This document shows, one piece after another, positions 39,801 to 52,621 of a stretch of 64,000 nucleotides of DNA. Source of the stretch: Eledone cirrhosa (lineage: Eukaryota); NCBI GenBank assembly GCA_964016885.1, contig OZ024740.1:193006001-193070000 (forward strand), written 5' to 3'. The notes beneath the pieces are model-generated. The model was not told the DNA's origin. It saw nothing but the letters and a program-made list of their open reading frames with translations, and did not search any database. A program made the translations under genes and the position numbers. Every line of letters begins with the position of its first letter. Positions within the stretch are counted from its first letter, which is position 1.

Positions 39801-40990
39801 AAGAAGGAATATGACGTAACTTTCAGCTTATATCTGGAGTCTAAAAGACAACCACACCCAATACAAGTTACACTGGTAGATCCTAGCTTAGGCTAGATCA
39901 TATAACGTAAATAAAAGACCATTTGACCTCTGCGCCGCTGAGGCCCTGAAAACATAAATTGCACAAAACCTTCCTGTATTACAGCCCCACATTATACGCT
40001 AACGAATAGTACGATCTATACGCGGATATTTTACGTCTTGTTGTGGTAGCTAAGTATATGTTATGTTTATACCATTACTTATTTGTATAGGTAAATATAT
40101 ATTACCTGTATATTTTGTGAAGGTACATATACTTTCTCGTACGTATATTTGATTGTGTATTTTATGGCGTATATTTTTATATATTCTGGTACATATGCTT
40201 TTGTTTATGTGTATACGTGAGTTTTGTGTTTGCATGAGTATGCGGGTTAGTACGTATGTAGGGTGTGTGTATATGTATACTTCGTGTTTTGGTTGACGTA
40301 CATCTGAGAATATTTGTGTATTTACATTGAGGTATGTGTGCGCTTGTTATATACGTATTTATTTATTTATATACGTTTATGTAATTATTTGTATACACAC
40401 ACACACACACACAGACACACAGGTATATATTTGCGTGTAATTGTATACCTATGGCGAGTGTTTTCGCGTATGCTTGTGATTGTACGTATATGGATGCGTG
40501 TATGTATTTATTTAATTTCATTTACTTCTGTATTTTATTTACTTTATTCTTAACTCTGAAGTCGAAAATCATTCGGTTTCCTAGTTAGAATTTAATCTAC
40601 AACTTCAGTTATACCATTTCCGTTGTTTTGTCGATGCGTGCAATTGTTCTCGACGCTCCATATATGACGTATTATCTTCGTTTTTTCCGTTCATTGCCAG
40701 AGAACGTCTCTATGAACCACATTATACCATAAACATGGTTTTGTCTTTGCCTTTTAATTGTTTTTCGCCGCTCCAAATAATGACGTATGATATTCGTTTT
40801 TTCCCGTTCTTTGCCAGGGAACGTTTCCACGAACCAACGTATCTTCTTCCTGTCTTCCTCCGGTTGCAACGTTTTTTGAATTATTCACTTCTGCGTTCAC
40901 ATATTTAATTTGATAGTTTCAGAAGATCCTGTTAAGGGTGAACGCAGCGATTCTTTGTTTAAACTTTAATCTGTTATTTTAATAAATACA
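36855..40990. mobile_element. PLE family A, largest copy: RT/GIY-YIG remnant enclosed by inverted 3' arms of about 1.2 kb
   Basis: Plus strand 38620-39990: FIQLDINNY, PFDVSMGASDSAEV, GLYRDDGL, YISKHSN, CNCRNRVDCPLSGKCL..IVYKCKV. Minus strand 38160-38590 is a pre-RT piece (KDHKSNF). About 36930-38145 is the reverse complement of about 39860-40987. Confidence 0.9.
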
Positions 40991-41002
40991 TATTTATATA
41001 TA

Positions 41003-41125
41003 TATACTGTATATGTTTTATCAAATGATTCCATGGAGTTACTTTCTTATATATAGCTCTGATTGTTGATTATTCAATTAATTAATTCGTCATTGAACCA
41101 CACAGTGAATGGTTGCCAAAAACAC

Positions 41126-41198
<73 letters not shown>

Positions 41199-41867
41199 TC
41201 TGTTTAGTTTATGTATATGTAAACCTCGATATTTTATATACTCCCGTAAGGTTGAGTAAAGCTTTAGGCAGTATTCAGCTGCGCTTTCTAGCAACCAGCC
41301 TACTCGCCGTCAGGCACCAATCACAAGCTTTCTGACTTGACCACTGGCCATGTGACAATTCTTAGCCATTTTGAATTCGTTTCTGGCGGGGATCATTTAA
41401 GAAAAATCTTGGTCCAATTGAGTTTGTTTCCTGATGATTTCGAAACTCGTTGATTTATCCATGATCGGATATTTCCAAAAAGCCAATGAAACCTCATGGG
41501 GTAGAAACATGATTTTGGTATATTTATGTACATTTTTTCTTTGATTTCGTACCTAATTGTGTATGGTTAACTATATGTCTAGTCAATTTCTACGGGCTAT
41601 TAGAAATACTAGGTAAATCTTCTGTGGCTGTGGATCGCAGATAAAATAGCTATCATTTATTTATCTATTGTTTCTTCATAGGTACATTTAAAACTTATAG
41701 CCTCGTTTAATTGATTTTTATATGGTTGATTATGCTGATTGAGAGGAGAAATACTGTATATATTTTATCAAATGATTCTATGGACTTACTCTCTTACATA
41801 TTGCTCAGATTTTTGATTAATTAATTAATTAATTCATCAGTGAGCCACACCGTGAAGGGTTGTCAAA

Positions 41868-41945
<78 letters not shown>

Positions 41946-41988
41946 TCTGTCTAGTTTATGTATATGTAAACCTCTATATTTTATATAT
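41003..41988. repeat. Element bounded by direct repeats of about 240 bp (41003-41240, 41751-41988) with a non-coding interior
   Basis: Both repeats begin atactgtatat.ttttatcaaatgattc, contain an internal (TA)n and end aaacctc.atattttatata. Each has a hammerhead-like remnant on the minus strand. Confidence 0.75.
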
Positions 41989-42012
41989 GTATATATACAT
42001 ATATTTGTATAT

Positions 42013-42202
42013 ATAGGAAAATGTAAGACCCCAAGGGCAGAGCTCAAGCCGTTTCGACGGCTATTTCTGGATAGCCGTCGAAACGGCTTGAGCTCTGCCG
42101 TCGGGGTCTTACATTTTCCTATTACCCAAACTCTACTACCCTAAGTATTGAGTACTCTGGTGCGTTAAGGTCCATCTGGTTCCTTGCCACAACTCCTTCG
42201 TT
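42013..42202. mobile_element. Palindromic PLE terminal-repeat fragment (same family as 5144-5340)
   Basis: Near-perfect palindrome 42013-42122 centred on gacggctat-ttctgg-atagccgtc. The tail ccctaagtattgagtact.tggtgcgtta.ggtcca is shared with 5144-5225. Confidence 0.8.
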
Positions 42203-42245
42203 ATATATATATATATATATATATATTGTGTGTTGTGTGTGTGTG

Positions 42246-42371
<126 letters not shown>

Positions 42372-42565
42372 TATAAATACCAATGGTGCCATGTGTTACA
42401 CCTTCCAGTATTCCGATGATTTGATCAGACACACACTGTATTTAAGGTCGAGTGACGCAATTTCGAGTGATCAGCGGCCTTTAGAATCACCTGATGAATG
42501 AAACAAATATTGATACTGTAAATAAAAGCCTTTTTGTACAGCCGACCATGTTATTCTTCACTCTT

Positions 42566-42613
<48 letters not shown>

Positions 42614-45600
42614 TATATATTTATCCATACCCGGTAAAATACTTAAAATCCAATTACAACTCCGAGGTAATAGAATAGGTCGAATTAATATATATCTGTA
42701 TTAGATGTACTTTTGCCTACAAAGTGTAAGTGGAATGATGCTAAATATCTGGAGGTTGGTCAGTTCCCAAGCACAGATCACATGCCGCTACATGCTTAAT
42801 GTTCGGACAATTGCCAAATCTATTTCCGACATAAAACTTTCCAAAGAAATAAATGGGCATTGAATAATTGTTTCAATAGGATGTTAATCTATTGCAATGA
42901 CTGCTTCCTTCCTAAGCTTTGAAGAATCCTATTGAATAAGTAGCATAAGTGAACCTGAAGAAGATCAAGAAAGCGAAGAAGGAGAAGAAGAAAACACAAG
43001 GGGGGGGGGATAAATGGAAAAGTTAAGAGGTGATGGAGGTGGTAACGAAGATGGTACCGATGATGAGAACCACAAAGAAGTTGATGACACTTAAAGAAAA
43101 AGAGGGTAAAGAAGGGAAGGAAAAGGTTGTTGATGAAGATGAAAACAAATTAGAAAATTTAAAATATAGAAGAGAATCTGTAATCATTTGCTCAATGAAC
43201 AGAACCGTATCATTAAATTAATGATCATCAAACCAGGAAAGTTGAATTTGAATGTTGTCAAATCTATATATCATTGTGAAATATGTTGAACCATAATCAA
43301 TCTTGATACATTATCTAAAATACATGGCATATCAAGAACCTTTCCTTCCTCCGTATCTGTATCAGTTTCTTGGTAATACTATTTTCTTTTATTTCTATAT
43401 TTGTGTATTTACATCGTCTCTTTCATTTTGTTTATTTATTTTGTTTCTTCACAAAAACCTGTAACTTTACAAAAACCTACACATAAGTGACGTGGCTAAT
43501 CTTTCTGCAACGAAGATGAATGTAGGGGAAATAAATTTATCAAAATGGAAATGATGCGTAAGTCCGGTCTTTCCTGTGCTATTAAAATCATAACGCGTAC
43601 TTACGGAATTCCAGTCTTAAATCCTCAAATTGTCAAATACAGTGGCTCCCCAATTCCATAGGCCTCTGTATTCTTAAATGCAATGTTAATCATCACTCAT
43701 ATAAAACTCGCCACCATACATATGTCTTCTCATTCATTCTTAACTAGCTAAACCAGTTAACAAAACAACCCTTAAGGAACTCTCTTCTGAGCCCCACATA
43801 CAATACTCCTGCATGCGAAAACTTCAAATTAGAAAGGACGTTATGACCTTGTTCTGTTACTTCCCTTGCCTTCTAATAGTGTGTGTCGGAGTTCCGGAAC
43901 TTCTTTCAATATTTGTCAATATTATAATATACAATTATTTACTATGGCCGATTAAATATAAGCATATATTCTGCAGTGTGTCCAATGCTCAGGAAGGGAA
44001 ACTATTTGATTCTGCCATCTACCGATTTATCACTGTCATTTTCAAAATTTCAGGATTCGTGGAATGACAGTTGATCTCCAGTTAAAGATGTTTCACATGA
44101 GTAAGAATATATTAATACTCGTAAACACACCAACATCCTCTTCACCCTTTCCCATACAATGCAATTTGTCTCCGCGATACAAATCAGACAAACTTGAATA
44201 TGTTTAGTGCTGAAGACATAAATACATGAACTAAATGTTATGCGGCACTAAAATAGAGAGTATATGCCAATTTATTATTGAAGCTGTTTTATTTCAATTA
44301 CGCCAGTAATGTTCGCGGCACAGATATTATCATACGCAAAGAATCTACTTGGTTCAGTAAAGATAGGATTGGATTTGTGTAGTGTCATGAAGAAACGCTT
44401 ATTATGTATATCGTATATTGTGATATGTATTGCATTAGGTTCATTCTGTGTTAGAGTGTGAAATTGTATGTGTGTGTATGCATATATGCATTTATGAATT
44501 GCGCACGTGCATGGTTTTGTGTGTGTGTGTATATATGTTGTATGTTGCTGTGAGTATGCTACTGCACGAATATGAAATTATTTAGTACAGTTTCGACTAA
44601 GGAAAGGAATAAAAAAACATAAAAAACAAGAGCAAATGAAAAGAAAAACTGCAACAAAAAGCAAAAGTGAAATGCGTACTGTATTTGATTTGGCATGTAA
44701 TTACGTTTGGAAATATTATTATGTAGTGTACATTTCATTGCAATGTTTCGTTTGATACAGGATATCAGAAAAATACACGTGATAAGAATCAGAAGATATA
44801 ATAATATATTTATTATTAAGGATTTTAAGAGACAAACATTACTTATTATTAAGAGTGTGATTTACTCAAGAGTTTTTCTGACAGATCAATTATATCCTCG
44901 ACCACCCTTAGATGAAAATATGTCATTTCAATTGAAAATGTACACAAGTTTTTATGGCAGTTAATTTTTACTCATTTCCATAGTAAATATTACTTCCTTT
45001 TCTCCTTTCCCACTAGCTTATCATTTCATTCCAAGTCAACGAGAAAATATCTTCACCATTGCTTGAATTGCAAAAAATGGCAGGCAAACTCATGCGTTTT
45101 TTTAAAGTCACATTGGATAACGTAGCTCTAGACATGTGCCTAAAAGATGAGACAGCAGAGGTTGTGATCCCTGTAACCATCGGTCTGATCAATCAAGATT
45201 GATCTAAAAATAAACCACATCGACAATAACAAATTCTGATCGAAAGGCTCAGTGAAGGTTTAGAAATAGAAGCTTAAAACATAGACGAAGATAATGAATA
45301 TAATTAACGTTGTGCATTCAAGGCTAGCACATTTTCATCATAGACCTACTCAATCAGCAGCGACACGGGATAAAAAAATCATGAACACCTCAACTTTATC
45401 ATTATCTTTGTCATTTCGTTGCGGAAATATGATGAGTGGTAGAAAAACAGTAGAAAAACATATTCAATTTAGATGTGAAAACATTGCAAGATTGTAAATT
45501 TTATGTAGAAATTAATTTCAAATTGCAGTTCAGTGATTGGTCCCTTGTCGGTTTGGACAATGAACCGTCAGTTGCTTCCTAGTTGAACACTTAACCTAGC

Positions 45601-46938
45601 TGAACCTAGTTGAACAATTAACGCGTAGGTGGCTAAGTATTTCTCAGACTCACGTACCTTTAATAGTATATTCAGTTAAAATCAATGTGACTTTACGATC
45701 TTTGAATTACGTGCTTTACGCTTTCCGTCTATCAAAATCCATGCAAATGTTTAAATCTCTCCAAAACTATTGTCAAAATGTGATTCCTCAAGATGCTACC
45801 CAGAACCACATGATTACGAAGTAAACGTCTTAATAAATTAGTCATAATTGCCTATAATGACTCAGTAAACGTCGGTAAAATCGTGCAGAATTTAGTAAAT
45901 CTCTCTAAGGTCAACTTTATTTTGTTTTTGTCGGGATCGTCAAAATAAAATACTAGTCAAATACTGCAATAAATTTATTCGAGTAATGTTTTCTCAAACG
46001 TTGTGACATCCAACACCTTTATTTAAACAGGTATCATTGCAGTTTTCAATAAGTTTCCCTGACAGTATTTGGAGTGTATTCTTATTGATGTAGATTTTTT
46101 GTGGGGGGGGGTCAGATTTTGTTTATTTCAACTAATTTATTACTAACATTGCTCTCATTCTGCAAGTTGGGACTATGTTTAGTTAATTCCGTTCTTAATA
46201 AATGAGGTTTAACAAGTCCCCGTTCACATGATGCATTATGTTGTTTCAATTTATATTATTTTCTCTATATTTGTAATTTCTCTAGATGGTGGAATCTATT
46301 TTCTTAATTTTAGAATTTATTTCAGTTTTAAGTATTAAGTTAAAGGGTCTGTAATATTTCTTTTATAGTGTTAGTTTATTTTTTATGTCTAATCTATCTA
46401 TTTTATTGTGTACTACGTAGTCTGTGTATTTATAATTCTGCATTTGATCAAGTTCATTTCTGTATATCTCTTTTTACAAATATGAATTTGCAATTTTATT
46501 TTATTTGTTTGTATCCATTGAATCAATCTAGAATAAAACGAATTTCCTGTGAATTTCCCCAACGCGTTCTTACACTGTATCTAACATAGTTATCCATTCA
46601 TTGATAATTGCAGCTTACACTTGTCTTATATAAAGTTGATTATTGTCTTTCATTCTATAGTGCTGAAAATCTTTTTCTTTACATTTATTACGTTTTTACA
46701 AATCCTCCTTTCTTTTGAAATGTGAACATGCCATATTTGACTTACCTTCTTTTCTATGCTACTACTTTACTTATTATTAATATTTCTGTAAGCACTTGAT
46801 TATTTCTGTTAATCAATACTTTCACCAATATTACCTAATCTACACTCTACACCTTTCATGAATACTAATATAAACTTTCATGAACATTAAAGTAAAGCTT
46901 ATTGTCTTCCGGATATATGTTATATACATATGTATGTT

Positions 46939-46979
<41 letters not shown>

Positions 46980-46982
<3 letters not shown>

Positions 46983-49310
46983 TAAATCTACCAAGATATA
47001 GGGTAGTGTCCAATCTGTATGAAGAACTCAATGTAATCCAAATATCATGAATAGAGAATATGCATTCAAAAATGTTCAATGAAAATCATAGGAAAACAGA
47101 GTCAAAATAAATTAATAAAAACAATGAATAAAAACAAATAACAAGTTCCTTATATTAAAAAATTCATCATTTTACGATCGTTTCTAGGATGTATATGTGT
47201 GTTGGTATGTATATAGATCTATGTAAAACTATTACAAACTATCAGAGGAAATATACATACCTTCACATATACATGCTGTCTTCAGAAATGATGAGATTTG
47301 TTTATTGAAAAAAGAACAACAAAGATTTAATATAATAGGTCTGTTTGGGAACAGGTTTTGAATTGACCAATAGAAAAGTAGTTAGAGGTCAAGTTGATAG
47401 AATAGTAGTAGTAGAAATTTAATTTAGGGGTAGAGGAGTGCAGACTTATGTTTTGAATGGAAAGAACACTTTGAATGAAAAGAATAGTTTGGGGATGAAA
47501 AGAGATCAAGCGAGTGAAGGGTACACGAACATTTGATGTTATTAAAGAATAATGTTAAAAATGAAGGAAAGTAACATTTTAGGGTAAGGGTATTAGTGAG
47601 AAATACTAATCTTTTTTAAACCACAAGGAATCTAGATCTATAACAAGAAATTAAATTAATTGATAGGTATACTTTTAGGTATTAATTTTAGGAAAAGTGA
47701 GCTGTAAGAGGGAAATAAAATTATGAAGTTCTCTGTGGTAAAGTAATAATTATAGGTTAACAAAATTTTTTAAAAAATAATTATATTAATATGTAAAATA
47801 TAAGTGTAAGGTGTATATTAATTAGGTTTATAATATTTGAAGGTTCTTCTAATTCTATGATTGCAAGATATAATTAATTCTTGTCGATTATTTAATAGGA
47901 TATCCTTAGATTTCATTATTTCAAAAAGTTCCTCGGAGCATAATCTACAGCCATATATGTTATTTTGATAAGGGGTGGCCTTTTGAGCACACTCCAGGTC
48001 AGGTTGTAATCGATATTCTTTTATCTATAATTATTAATTGTTTCAGCCAATGATGTTGTATTAGCTAATGCGGCATTGTTAAACTATGTTTGTGGGTATT
48101 AAATCTTACTTTAAATTGGTTAGTCGTAGCTCCTATATATGAATAAGTGGAGTCCTTAGTGCTAATTTTACATTTATAGACTATGTTATTAATGAGACAA
48201 TTTCCCTTTAATGGGCAATTTCTTTTGATTCTACAGTTACAACCATTCGCGAATATTATATCAGGGGAGTTAGTCAAATTTGGTGTGGAATTTACTCGAC
48301 TTGTTATAGGTGAACAAGATGGTGGTTTGTTGCGGTTATTTTAGTATTATGGTTGGTTTGATGTGTTGGTGGTATATCGTGTTTTCTTTACGTTTATATG
48401 CGTTGTACGCACTTATATTTTGTTGTATACTTTTAGTAGTGGAGCAGGAAAGTTTGACAGTTGATCTATTTAAAATTTGATGGTATTTATGGTATTTATG
48501 ATTTGGCGTTAATTTACCACTCTGAGAAAACACATCCCAAGTAATTAACTGGTTTACTAATATTAGAAATAAATCATCTCCTTCATTTCTACAATTTGAT
48601 ATATATACTTATTATTCCTCTATATCACCCATACTCCTGAATAAAGCCATGATATTTGCCAAAAATAGATCAAACTTAACTATGGATGACATTAATATTA
48701 TCACGCACGCTAGACAAACACTACTGGAATTTCAGAAGGAACACTGGACCAGAAATACATATAGTAATCTTTTCGATATTACTATGGGCTCTAGTGATTC
48801 TGCCAAAATTACCGATCTTGTGTGCCGCTTTCTTTTATTTAACATTAATTCATCTTTTCCCCACCTTAAAGGTGGTTTATATCGTGATGACTGTCTTCTT
48901 CTTTCCACTAATCTTAGCCTATCAGAAATTGAAAAAAAAAAAAAATTATTAGAACTTTCCTCAAAGACTATTACAATCTCACTACTACATTTGAAAACAC
49001 CAGTAAAATGGTCAATTTCCTAGATATAACTTTAGACTTATGTACGGGTATCTACCAACCTAACCAAAACTTACATTACATACACTCACAATCCAATCAT
49101 CCTATATCTATTCTTAAAAACCTAGCATATAATATCTCACTCGGAATCTCTAACCTTTCATCTAACGAGGATGTATTCGATAAAAATAACGAAGCTTTAG
49201 CTAGAAGCGGCCACAAACACAAATTAGTCTATATACCTTGCACCAATAATACTTCAAACATACAATCCAATATTACCAAGAAACACCAAATTACATACAT
49301 ATATATTAGA
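46980..49310. mobile_element. AT-rich PLE with 5' inversion: RT piece on plus (about 48520-49310); GIY-YIG, 3' UTR and terminal repeat on minus
   Basis: Plus: FLQFDI..YYSSI, FDITMGSSDSAKI, GLYRDDCL, VNFLDITLDL, YIHSQSNHP. Minus: CNCRIKRNCPLKGNCL..IVYKCKI..SYIGATTNQFKVRFNTH. Confidence 0.88.
47165..47293 (-). ncRNA. Type I hammerhead ribozyme with a greatly extended stem II
   Basis: Minus strand: catcattt CTGAAGA [cagc atgtatatgtg aa ggtatgtatat ...loop... atatacatacc aaca cacatatacat ccta] GAAA cgatcg TA aaatgatg. Stem I is 8 bp perfect, stem III is the palindrome ACGATCGT, triplet GUA. Confidence 0.85.
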
Positions 49311-49599
49311 AAGTGAGGTTTTTTTACAAAATGAAAAGAAAACGAGGTGTCTTACAGGAGTGAAAGTATAAGGAAAAAAGATGAATTAGAAAATGCAACT
49401 GGAGGCGCTTTTTATAAAAATATATATTTATTTGGTTCCTTTACCGGTTTCCCAGTTCCTCTGCTTTTAAAAAGTAGAATTGAGATGGGGGGTTTGGGTT
49501 TTTTTCTGAAAAGCCACAAAGAGCTGGACATATCGATGTATTGACGGAGTAAAACACACTTCAACAACAAGTGTACCTGTCTTTACCACACCAATTCGG

Positions 49600-49654
49600 A
49601 CTGCCTGAAGAGGTCACAGCCAACGATGGCTGTCACTGAAATATATATAGCAGT
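49600..49654 (+). ncRNA. Type I hammerhead ribozyme, canonical core
   Basis: actgc CTGAAGA ggt c acagcca acga tggctgt c act GAAA tatata TA gcagt. Stem I is 5 bp perfect, stem II is long, stem III is palindromic, triplet AUA. Confidence 0.85.
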
Positions 49655-49669
49655 ATATGTATAATTTTG

Positions 49670-49795
<126 letters not shown>

Positions 49796-50003
49796 GAGGG
49801 CGGCCGCTGTATTTTAAAAGCAAACATTTCCACCGAAGATATGTGCCGTCAGTTCCAAAAAGTGTGATTGATCCTATACAAGACTTCATCACTTAAAACA
49901 AAACTTTGTGTGGGTAGTTCGACATCAGTTCACTTTCTGACAATTAACTTTTGGTGGACACTCATACGTCGGATATCGACGGGAGATTCCATCATATATA
50001 CAT

Positions 50004-50046
<43 letters not shown>

Positions 50047-52621
50047 GGTAGGTTATGTTCCCGTAATTGCTGGTGGAATCGTATTGACATATCGTGTTTC
50101 TTGTCCATTTTAAGCCTGGTGGAGCTCATCTCACTTCCGGCAGATTTCTCCCAGAGAATGATGGAGAGGGAGTGAATGCAGGTGAGAAACACATATATAA
50201 TAATATCAACCCTAGTACAGGTCTGGGACTTTTATTAACCACCTCAAAATGATGAAAGGCAAAGTCGACCTCGGTGGTATTTGAAGTCAGAGAGCAGAGC
50301 ACGGGAATGAATACCACAACGCACTGTATCCAACGGTCTAATGACACTGACAATTCATATTATACATATCAGACCAACACGCAATATTCGTAACAAGTTT
50401 GATTTTAAAATTGTATAATTTGTTTATATTTTGCAAGATTTGAGTGTTTGTGGATTTATCAGGGTTGATGATTAAGGCACTTTTTTCTCTAGATTGCTGT
50501 TGTTTATTCCATATAAGCTTTGATCACATATATATATATATATATTCCTTTTGGCCATATATCTATATATATATATGGCCAAAAGGAATTTTAGTTTACA
50601 CAACACGATGTACTAAACTTTATTTTACAGTGTGTCCTTCCAATTTATAAGTACGTTTTCAAGGAAACTCGGTTGCTAATTCTAGCAGATCCAATGATCA
50701 CGTTGATGTTTTATGTTATCTCATTTGCTGTCTGTATGAGTGTTTTATCTCGTCGTTCTTTCTGGCCTTTTCAGTAAAATAGTAAGAAAAAAGATATGCG
50801 TCATAATTTGGCATATTTACGTTATCAGGCATTTTCAGGTGTTTATAGTTTTAAGGTCGATGTTTCTTTTTAATTCACATTTGTAGATTAAAATGTTTGC
50901 ATAGGTGTATCTGTGTTCTCGTGAGAAATGTAGTCGTTATATTTGATGGACATATTCAAGACCACCAACAATTTGATAAACAGTTAGCATGCAGGAATGA
51001 GTGTTGTTGTGTGTAAGAGAGAGAGGTAAAGACAGAGCGAGGGAAAGAGATGGAGAGAGATAGAGAGAGTGAGAGAGGGAGTGGGTATGTGCGTGTCTAT
51101 TTAGGCCCTGATTTACGTGTAATACATGTTTGGCCGCCAGCTAAGCTGGTGTTGTCTAACAAATAATATATATTATATTTAATTCTATGTGATAGAAGTC
51201 TTCGAAAATATAATCTCAAATATAGCACCTTTTTCTTATTAAATAATAAACATGGTGATCTTGGTGCTCGTACTTCTCCGTATAGCTAGAAAATACATGC
51301 TTTCAATGACACTGTTGAATTCTAGTATGAAATTAAATTTTGTTTTATTCACTGTTGTTAGTAATGCGTTACGGTGGACATAAATTCAATTTAAGCTTTA
51401 CGCCAATACCTAATTTAATGATTTAACACGATAATATATAATTCAACTAAAGAAAAACAGTACAGCTGACTAGTCAATTTCGATAAATCAACGGAATGCA
51501 AACAAACAAGAATAGATTTATTGACGAATGCTTATATCTGTAGATATTAAACAAATATAGGTTTGATAACGCTCATGTAAATACATGCAAATACACAATA
51601 CATAACACAATAGAACGCTTTCACGCAATTAGTTTTGTTTTCCTTATATATTCTATAAGATAAGACATTTTCAAAAAATTGACAAGATCTATGATGTATA
51701 AATTATCTATGCAAATAGAAACATCTTATCTTGTCACGTAACCACAAAAGTATGATAAAATTATAGTGATCATGAAAACAATCATGGTCTTTTAACTGCA
51801 TTCATTTTATTGTCCTAAGAGGATGAATGTCCATGTTGGATGTCCTTAAATGTGACAGTAGGAGACATGAATGAAATTAGAATACTTCATTGCAGTATGA
51901 GAAGTTGGACATAATTTAAAAGCAATTTGACAGTGTTTTCGTTGATATATTTGTATGTTTCCATGATATATATTTCGTAATAATATAACCACTTAAAATA
52001 AGGTGTGTCTACAAATAGTGTAGATCATACGCCATTCAACTGACGCTAATAACTCAAGTTTTGACCTGCGTCGTTTTCGTTCTCTGCCTATATGTCAGTC
52101 ACGCTACACATCTTTGTTCCATCAGTTTCGTCCAAACTAACTATTATATGAACTAGCTGATATTAAGAGGAATAAGCAGGATTTTGTTATTTACAACTTC
52201 ACCCATCATCGAATTACTAGGAGTGCTCGGGAAAATCAGGATAGTTTCGGTATTTACAACAGTGGATTATAACTTCAGACATTTAATTTTGAACTGGCAT
52301 TTTCTATAGTCGATAGTGGCCAGACTAAGAGCCCTCATCAACCAGAAGGATAAATAATAGAGAAGTTGAAATTGACCACTATATATATGTAAACTCTGCC
52401 AAACAAGTCACATAGCCTACGCTTTCGAGAACGATTCTTAAAAGTCGAGCCTTTTCAAATCCGTGCCGTCTCATTGTTAAAGAGTTCTTCTATGATTATA
52501 TATGTAACCATACACAGAGCAATTATTAAAAAAGTTGCTTTTTTTCAAAATACACCAAAAATTCATTTTCAAACAGGAGCACTATGAGAATATACAATGA
52601 ACTGCAATCAGAGTCTTCATA

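Noticed and set aside
41425-41455. ctgatga tttc gaaa ctcg as a hammerhead
   Set aside because: The core words are present but I could not form convincing stems I and III.
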